Shown here: positions 55,801-64,000 of the stretch, one piece after another
Layout: each line of letters starts with the position of its first letter
How positions within the stretch are numbered: position 1 is the first letter of the stretch
Assembly: GCA_004764695.1 (NCBI GenBank)
Contig: SMSO01000011.1
Span: 61,638-125,637, forward strand
DNA from: Schizochytrium sp. TIO01
Taxonomy: Eukaryota > Protista > Bigyra: Labyrinthulomycetes
Direction: 5' to 3'
DNA: 64,000 nt
Program-made: the position numbers and the translations under genes
Notes under the pieces: generated by a model
Told to the model about the DNA's origin: nothing
Seen by the model: the letters and a program-made list of their open reading frames with translations, nothing else
Databases searched by the model: none

Positions 55801-56499
55801 CAGCGTCTGCATCATGCACGCAGTTATTACTCAATTCAGAGCATGTGGATCAAGGGGATCATGCACTCAGAAGACACCATGGCAACTAATTTGATCGATC
55901 TGTGACTGTTTACTTCGCTGCCTCGACACCTTTCTCTTCGTCGATCAAGCGAAGAGCTCCAACGACTTGGACAGACGCAATCCAAAGTAAAAATACACCC
56001 AAACCAACAACGAAGCGGGACAACTTTAAAAACATATTATTATAAAATTGATCATCAAGTTTTTTTTTGTTTAGTTTTTTTAAATTAAATTAAATTGTTC
56101 CAAAGATTTTACTTACTTTTAGTACCGCGACTTCAAATTCAATAAATAACAATAACAATAACAATAATAATAACAAAAACAATAAAAGACAGAGCTTATC
56201 ATAATCCTTTGAAGAGGACAAAGAACGCGAGCCGCGGCAGAGTTCTATGGGGTACTATGCACTTCCTACCCTCAAAAGAGAACACAGAACAAAGAACACC
56301 ATTACATTCGGAATTTCTGTCTCGCAGCTTTTCCCCTCATTAATCGCTCCCCGCATTCTCCCCTATAAAGTTCGTATCATGCCTTAGGCAGCGCCTTTCG
56401 CCCTGCTCGCGCCTTTTGCCCCGCACAATCGACTGCGCAGGTAAACCGCGGCCGTGGACCTGGAAAACCTCGTCTGGCCTGGCGCAGGGCATTGCCAGA

Positions 56500-56612
56500 C
56501 CCTCTCGAGCCCTCGTAGACCCTCTCAGGCCCTCTCAGGCCCTCTCAGGCCCTCTCAGGCACCTGCTTCGAGCAGCCCTTGGAGGCCTTCGCAGGCCTCT
56601 CGCAGGCCTCAG
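56500..56612. repeat. 10-bp degenerate tandem repeat (CCCTCTCAGG)n
   Basis: Four perfect units at about 56520-56559 with degenerate flanking copies. Confidence 0.8.
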
Positions 56613-57096
56613 TCTGAGATGGGAGCAGGGCTATCGAAGGGGCTTTGCTGCGCTGCAGAGCCCCACAAAGTTGATACGAGTTTTGTGATGGAAGCGCGGC
56701 GCGTAATTGTCCTCATTGCGTTGAAATTTGTAGAGTTCTGATGCGGAATGGGTTGAAATTGCTGTTGTTCGCCTCCTCTTCGATGCTTCGCTTGCCTTGC
56801 CTGCCCGTTTCTTTGCCTCGCGTGCGAGCTGGGCCGAGGCCTCTCGGCGCCGGCAGGAGCTGCATCGCCTCCTCGGCGTCTGCGGGAAAATGGGGCTGCC
56901 GACGGAGTTTTCTGTTCTGCGGACATGGTTCGATTCGTGGCTTTTCATCGGCCGTGAATGTCAATTACAGCAGCGCGATCATCGCCGCCCTCAAAGACGC
57001 CAAAGGAGTGGGGATGCATGAATATACATACACTCAATCATTCACTCATTCGTTGATTCATTCAATCGTGCATGGACAAACATAGCACGAATGGAC

Positions 57097-57160
57097 ATCA
57101 CATCACATCACATCACATCACATCACATCACATCACATTACATCACATCACATTACATCA
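57097..57160. repeat. (CACAT)n microsatellite
   Basis: Visible pentamer run. Confidence 0.9.
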
Positions 57161-57654
57161 ATTCGTTGCAGCTTTGTCACTGCGATGATTGCAGACCTCA
57201 GAAGACGATGGATATTCTTGCGAAAGCCGAGTTTCACTGCAGTTGTTGATGTGTTCGTTCGTGAGCACTGCGCAAACCGTGAGAGACCCAAAGCCGAAAA
57301 GCAGCTCTTGAAGCAGTAAGTTATGCACGTATTTGACTAAATCGTCGATATTTCTGTTCTCAGCGCTCACCATTGACGCGCGTGCGTACTGAGCACATGG
57401 GTGTCTATATATTTATGTATACATATACACAATGCCAAAGGCGCTGCGAACCGGTGCCGGTCGCACCCGCAGATGGTCTGCGTTGAACTTAGCGATCGAT
57501 GGCTTTCATTGATTGATTGATTGATTGATTCATTCATTCATTCATCCATTGCGTTCACCATTTACTTCGCTCGACATGATCAGAGTGAGTTAGTTAGTTC
57601 CAAAGCGAAATGGAAAGAATAGAAAGTAAGTAATAATAGCTAACGAGCTTAAGC

Positions 57655-57770
57655 TGTTTGTTTGTTTGTTTGTTTGTTTGTTTGTTTGTTTGTTTGTTTG
57701 TTTGTTTGTTTGTTTGTTTGTTTGTTTGTTTGCTTGTTTGTTTGTTTGTTTGTTTGTTTGTTTGTTTGTT
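57655..57770. repeat. (TTTG)n microsatellite
   Basis: About 28 units. Confidence 0.95.
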
Positions 57771-58462
57771 TATAATGTAAACAAACACTGCACATTATAA
57801 ACAAACATTGCAATGGTGATGCTGCGATCGATGCTATGCTGCGTTGAAGTTAGGCGACGATCGACCGCCATCGGTCGTTGGCGAGGCACTGGGCTGGGTA
57901 TTTCGTGACCGCTCTCGTGGTGCTGGACATCGTGGCGAAAAGAAGAGCAGAAAGACCGCCTTGGCAGCGTCGCTCCGTCGCCGTTCCCATCGTCACGCCC
58001 TGCAATTACTGCGATGCTGACAATCTGATCAATCAATTTATGAAAAAGAAAAGAACAGAAAAGGGAGAGAAGAAAAGAAAAGAAAAGAAAAGAAAAGAAA
58101 AAAAAAGAATGACAGTACTATAACAATGACAATCGATCATGAGGGACTACTAGGCAGGCAGGTAACTGAGCACTAGGTGCCCAGGTGATAATTAGCAGAT
58201 TTAGTAATAACAGAAATGAATAAATGAATGAATGAATGAATGAATGAACAAGGAAATAATTAAGGAAACAATTATGGTTTAGGTTAATTAGTAGTAGCAG
58301 TACTACCTACTACGTAATAAGAGGCAATCAAATCATTGATCAAAGCGGATTTCATTCAAGCAAGCAAGCAAGCGAGGAGCTGCACAGAGCGATACGCCCA
58401 GACTGGGATTGTGATTGCGTTCTGAGGCGCGGAGGCCTGCTTGCACCGTCCCTTTTTCTAAA

Positions 58463-59722
58463 ATGTGGCGTCGCGCCTTGAATAATGGCCTTCCGCTGGT
58501 CACCCGGAGCCGCTCTGTGCTCTCGCAGCAGGGTCGCGGTTTGGCGACGCTTCAAGAGCATCTGCTCATGCGCAGCATGAACAGCGTCATCGACGACCTT
58601 GCCCTGGACGAGCCCACAACCTGGATGCCACAGCCGGACTTCACTGACTGTGAATCTCTTCGCCAACGTGCCTCCGCGACCTCTGTTGATGCCTCGCTGC
58701 TCCAATCCGTCGCTGACGTCGACCCGTTCGCTCTCGTTAAGAACGACGTCAACGCCCTCAGCTCCAATATTAAGGAGCTTCTCGGCAGCGACCACCCCGT
58801 GCTCGAGACCGTCGCCCAGTACTTCTTCAACCAGGAAGCTGGCAAAAAGGTTCGCCCCACACTCGTGCTGCTCATGTCCAAGGCCCTCCAGGCCCATATG
58901 GACATTGAGCAAGGCCAGGCCCGTCCCACAGAAGAAGTCGCTGCCATGTACGCACAACAGGTACGCCTGGCAGCCATCACTGAGCAGATTCACACCGCCT
59001 CGCTGCTTCACGATGATGTCATTGATGTGGCCGACACGCGTCGCGGCGTGAAGTCTGTGAACTCGATGTTTGGCAACAAACTCGCGATTCTGGCCGGAGA
59101 CTTTTTGCTGGCTAGAGCCTCCATCTGCCTGGCACGGCTCCGTAACGTGGAGGTTGTGGAAATTATCAGTACGTCGATTGAGCACCTCGTGAAGGGAGAG
59201 GTCATGCAGATGAAGCCCGACCTCCGCGGGAATGCGGCATTTGAAATGTACCTCCGCAAAAACTACTACAAAACCGGCAGCCTCATGGCAAACAGCATCC
59301 TCGCGTCGACGGTGCTCATGGGCGCGCCAAAGGATCTTCAGCTTATTGCGTTTCAGTACGGAGAGAGCTGTGGACACGCATTCCAATTAATAGATGATGC
59401 GCTTGACTTTGAGGGAAGCCTTGCGACCCTCGGAAAACCGGCCCTGGCGGATCTTAAGCAGGGCCTCGCGACCGCACCGGTGCTCATTGCACAGGAGTCG
59501 CACCCGGAGCTCCGCCCTCTTATCGAGCGCAAGTTCTCTTACCCGGAGGACATCGACATTGCCGCCTCCGCTGTGCACTCATCGCAGTCCATCGTGCAGA
59601 CACGTGCACTTGCAACTGCGTACGTTGAGAAGGCCATCTCCTGTGCACTTCAACTCCACCCGTCGCCGGCGCGTGACTCCCTCATTCGCATGGCGCTCAA
59701 GATTGTCAACCGCAGTTCTTAA
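58463..59722 (+). CDS. COQ1: Long-chain trans-polyprenyl diphosphate synthase (Coq1/PDSS1/solanesyl-PP synthase-like), probably mitochondrial
   Basis: GKKVRP, first DDxxD motif LLHDDVID..TRRG, GNKLAILAGDFLL, YYKTGSL and second motif FQLIDDALD. Arg-rich transit-peptide-like start MWRRAL at the first ATG. Confidence 0.92.
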   Translation: MWRRALNNGLPLVTRSRSVLSQQGRGLATLQEHLLMRSMNSVIDDLALDEPTTWMPQPDFTDCESLRQRASATSVDASLLQSVADVDPFALVKNDVNALSSNIKELLGSDHPVLETVAQYFFNQEAGKKVRPTLVLLMSKALQAHMDIEQGQARPTEEVAAMYAQQVRLAAITEQIHTASLLHDDVIDVADTRRGVKSVNSMFGNKLAILAGDFLLARASICLARLRNVEVVEIISTSIEHLVKGEVMQMKPDLRGNAAFEMYLRKNYYKTGSLMANSILASTVLMGAPKDLQLIAFQYGESCGHAFQLIDDALDFEGSLATLGKPALADLKQGLATAPVLIAQESHPELRPLIERKFSYPEDIDIAASAVHSSQSIVQTRALATAYVEKAISCALQLHPSPARDSLIRMALKIVNRSS

Positions 59723-61553
59723 GTACCGTCAAGCGTCACGCCCTATCTCGCTTCAACTTGCTTCCCAGTTTGCCGTGTTATATCTTGCCCTGCCTCGTCT
59801 CGCGTGCACGCTTACTATTCGCTACTACTGTTCTGATGCTCCTACTATTTTCAAAGGCTACTTAATCAACCAATGTAATGGTCGTAGGCAGCCAGGGGTA
59901 TTGCGAATGGTTTTAGCTCGCACAAGTGTTAGTGCAGGTGCATGCATGCAGGCCAGGCAAGGCAAGGCCTGGGGAGTGGGCCAAGTATCTAAGAGAGTTT
60001 TCTGCATGCAAGCGAATGGCATATCAGGATAGCTTGCTTGTTGGACTTAAGAGCGACGCATACACACATTTTATGAACCCTCAATTAGGTAGGGAATGAA
60101 GAATTTAGGAGGCTCAGACATCATGCACGTGAAGCTCATGAATCTTGTGCCTGCGCATCAATTAGCCAAAACGACATATACTAGGGAAAATCTGACCGTG
60201 TGCTGTTTATTGCCTTTGCGCGCACAAACTTGGGATCTGCCGCTTTCTTTTAGGCTGGTTAATTATATTCAATCGCGTGGCCATTATATACAAACCACGA
60301 AAAGGAAAGTGAACAAAAAGCTGCAATGTAAAACAGTAGTGGCAAGATTTCAACTCTGCTTGTTGGTGCCAGCAAACAATAAAATCACTCAAATTTGTTC
60401 CTAGACAAACTTTTAAAAATACACAGACAATGTTGTACTAATGCCCGATTTCGTTACGTTTTAAGTTTTTGCTTTTCTCTTGACTTTCAGATCATTGTGA
60501 GTAGAGCCAGACCCTTTCCACGCACTCATCTCTTGTTTCGTGTTCGTTGTAATCGAGCAACGCTGTATATACAAGGACTGCAATTTACCATGCAATTGCA
60601 TTCTTGTCCTGCATACTATCTGCGAGAAAGTGATTTTTAGAGAGCGTATTTCATTTCCAGCACAAAGCATTCGCTCGAAGCAACAACGTCCAGACTGAAC
60701 ATTTTATTTCATTTTGTTAAAGGAAAAAGCCGGTGCGGGGCAAGTTGGTGAGCATACAGAGGTTGAATTCGACTACCTTTCCTATTTGATGTTTTACTGA
60801 ATTATTTTTTGTTCATGTTATTCATTTGTATAGGTGTTAATGACGCGAAGATAGCAAACATAATGAAATTGCCATATTGTTACACTTGTTTATACACCAG
60901 CGGTAGATTTGAAATTTTGTACGATCCGCCTGCGCAATGGTTCAAGTCAGTTTCTTTTTGTTGATGATGATGGAGCGGTGGCGATATCGAGAGCAAGAAT
61001 CCACCTTCGAGGTTCGTTAATTCAAAGTACGCACGCATATATGTGCTTTATGAATCAAGCCTACCGTTCAATGTTGTTACTCATGAGATTCGTAGTTCTG
61101 TTTAGAGAAAAAAAAAAAAAAAAAATCATGGAAAAGTTAGCCAGCTAGCTATACATGGCAAAATATTCAAAGCAAACCGAGTCAAGGACTAATTGAACAT
61201 CCTGATTCCTGAAGAAAGGAAAGAAGAAGTGGAGGTTAATTAACTAACCACTTACTCTGAATTCATCCAAAGTCATATTTGGTGAAACGCACACACATGC
61301 ACCTCCTATATACTACCTAGAAGCAGCGGAATGTATGGGAAAGGATGGAGGAGTAGAAATGAATGTTGGAAATGAGGTAGTAAATTTAAAAAGATGAATG
61401 AAGGAGTGGGTGGGTGGTAGGGTAAGTAGGTAGTTAATTTCGTTGATTTGGTTGCAAAGCCGGGTGAGCAATTTGGTTGATTGATCGACCGATTGTTTAA
61501 AAAGTGAGACAGTCGAGCAAACGAAAGGTACGCAGGTACGTAATGAATGTTAC

Positions 61554-62470
61554 TTAGGCCTTGGCCTTCTTGGCGCCGTTCTCAGCGCTGACGATGCCAG
61601 CGGTGTCACAAATTGACTCAACGGATGCCTTGGATGACTCTGCGAGGGGGGCGAGGGGAAGACGCACGCTAGGGTTGCACATGCCAGCAAGGGACATGGC
61701 GTACTTGCAGGGCACCGGGTTGGTCTCGCAGAACATACCCTTGAAGAGAGGGAAGAGCTCGATGTGCTGCTTGGTGGCACTGGCGAAGTCGCCCTCAGCG
61801 GCAGTCTTGACCATCTTGACGACAGCCTCGGGGGCGAGGTTGCTGAGAACGGACACAACACCGGAGCCGCCAACGGCCATGAGGGGGAGAGTCAAGGAGT
61901 CGTCACCAGAGAGCACTGTGATGTCGCACTTGGAGCGAATCTCAGAGGCCATGTCGAGGGAACCAGTGGCCTCCTTCACGGCACAAACCTGGTCGAGCTC
62001 GCTGTACATGCGCGCCACGGTGTCGGCGGTGAGGGAGATTCCGGTGCGGCCGGGGATGTTGTAGAGCACGATGGGCACGCCAACCTCGTGACGGCCTTGA
62101 CGTGCTGGAAGAGACCCTCCTGGCTAGGCTTGTTGTAGTAGGGGTTGACGATGAGAACAGCATCAACGCCAGCCTCCTTGGCCTTCTTGGTGGCGGCGAC
62201 GGTGGAAGCAGTGTTGTTGGAGCCTGTGCCAGCGATGACCTTGCACTTGCCGGCGGCCTTCTCCACGCAGAGGGCGATGATCTTGTCCTTCTCCTCGCTG
62301 CTCAGGGTAGGGGACTCACCGGTGGTGCCGATGGGGACAAGGCCAGCGACGCCAGCGGCGATCTGGGCATCGATCAACTTCTCGAGGGCTTCGTAGTCCA
62401 CCTCAGTGCCGTCCTCGGAGAAGGGCGTAATGAGCGCCGGGAAGACGCCTGCGAGCTCCAAGCGACCCAT
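61554..62470 (-). CDS. dapA: 4-hydroxy-tetrahydrodipicolinate synthase (DHDPS), split by an apparent 1-nt frameshift near 62088
   Basis: N-terminal half has PALITPF, GTTGESPTL, AGTGSNNT, NPYYNKPSQEGL. C-terminal half has PIVLYNIPGRT, AVKEATG, LSGDD, ETNPVPCK. The two frames join if one base is added at GTC^AC GAG. Confidence 0.9.
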
Positions 62471-64000
62471 GATATAGACGATGTGTGGCGGTGTGTCTGC
62501 GACGGAGGCTGGCTGCTTGCGAGAGCGTGTGTGTGTGCGCGTGGAGTTCGAGCGAGAGAGCGAAGAGAGGATCGACCGGCGATCACTCTGAGCGATGTCA
62601 ATTCAGGTCTGTATGTCTATATCTCTCTCTCTCTGTATCTCCGTATATACATACATACATACATCCATACATACATACATATATCTACATATTTACTTCT
62701 CTCTCTCTGTATCTCTCTCTCTCTCTCTCCCTTATCTATCCATCTATATTATCTGTGGATGGCTGAGCAGCGAAGTTACCTTTTTATCGTGATCTTGTTA
62801 TGTTTAAAATCACAGTAGGAATAAACAAACATCTACGATAGAACTTTAAAACTCTTTACAATAGGTACTTACTTACTTCCCTCCCTCTTTACTATTGCGG
62901 ACACTGAAGCATGAAAGTTTTGAACTACAATCATTTAACCATAATAAAAACTGTTAATCATGAAGTAGCTCGGTATCTATGAGATTGATCACTCAACGAC
63001 GGTAGTTAAGAGATCAGATTACCTCGAGGCAGAGCAGGACGAACTCAAAGGCGGCGCTGGTCGGGGTCTCCTCAGCAAAGGCAGCGCAGCCCGTGCCTAG
63101 TACCAGGTACTTACCTGGAACGAAGCAGCCGCGACACGGGCTTTTAGCAAAAGTGCTGCTCTTCTTCAAGCTTAGTTTGCCTTGTCTCAGGCCACTTTTG
63201 TTTTGTTTCCCTCTCTCTCTCTCTCACTCTCTCTCACTCTCTCTCACTCTCTCACTCTTTTCCCTCTGAGCTTTTGAGAAGTTTTTATGTAACTTTAGTG
63301 GCTACTTAAGGATATATTTACTATACATATAAAAGTTTGCTCAAATTTGTATTCCTCTTCTTTTCTCGACTATTTGTGCTGTAAAGGAACAAATAAAGGT
63401 GATTAATTAATTAATTAATTAATTAGTTGTCTTGGCCATCGAGCAAGAAATTCCACCCGCAAGCGCCAAACTTTCTCAGCCGGCTCTCAGCGGCCCCTTT
63501 GTTTTGACAAACCTGCATGCACGCACAAGCAAGCAAGCAAGAGATCGTGTTGTCCTGTACTGGTGCACAGGCATCATCGCAGCGCCGAAGATCTTCTTTT
63601 TCAAGCTGCTGTTTTTGTAATCCTCCGGAATTCGAGACTTTGGTCAATTCGATCTCCATACCATTGAATTTAGGTATTCAACAATAAGTTTTCTTTTCAT
63701 TTATTTTAAAATTAAAAATAAATTAAATTCAAGTCGAATTCAATTCAATTCATCTCAATTCATTTCAATTCAATTCAATTCAATTGAGCGTATTTTGCTT
63801 TCGTTCGTTCTATTCTTCTGTAGAGATTATGACGAGGGAGATGTGAAAGTAAAGGAGAGAGATTGCACTTCTTGAACTCTCTGAGTTAGTTGTCAATGCA
63901 GTCCATGAATAAACAAACGGTGAGCGAAGCTAAAATAGTAAACTGATGGATACAGCAGAGATGGCTTTCCTTCCGATGGTTCGTGAATGGTTCGTGAATC

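Noticed and set aside
53000-57000. Scattered short ORFs
   Set aside because: No motifs, codon bias or splice model I could support.
58352-59386. 344-aa antisense ORF over the prenyl synthase (similar shadows over the lactonase, CBS and dapA)
   Set aside because: Antisense open frames are expected from strong C/G-ending codon bias on the sense strand.

Overview
Eukaryotic nuclear DNA, most likely a thraustochytrid (Labyrinthulomycetes, Aurantiochytrium/Schizochytrium-like; judged by eye from the 18S sequence and gene style, not from a database search). It looks like the inner side of a chromosome end. From left to right: (1) a single minus-strand rDNA unit (28S partial, 5.8S, 18S); (2) a recently inserted full-length Ty1/copia retrotransposon with non-canonical TA...TA LTR ends, (CCTAA)n inside the LTRs and an Asp->Asn change in the protease active site; (3) a ~385-bp tandem array; (4) decayed Crinkler/RHS-type NTPase and piggyBac-like remnants; (5) two tRNA-Thr(CGU) genes; (6) ordinary single-copy genes (CFAP69-like, cystathionine beta-synthase, lactonase, GT90, FEX, UBX, F-box, SDHAF1-like, polyprenyl-PP synthase, DapA). 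Main result: the 385-bp array is not non-coding spacer. On the minus strand each unit is one 84-nt, phase-2/phase-2 exon encoding one 28-aa RI/NLR-type leucine-rich repeat, plus a near-identical GT-AG intron. A 5' exon, 12 LRR exons and a 3' exon splice into an intact ~463-aa ORF. Its variation is concentrated at the ligand-contacting xLxxNx positions and appears shuffled between units. It is a candidate recombination-diversified, immune-like receptor gene in a protist subtelomere, and the ORF track misses it entirely.
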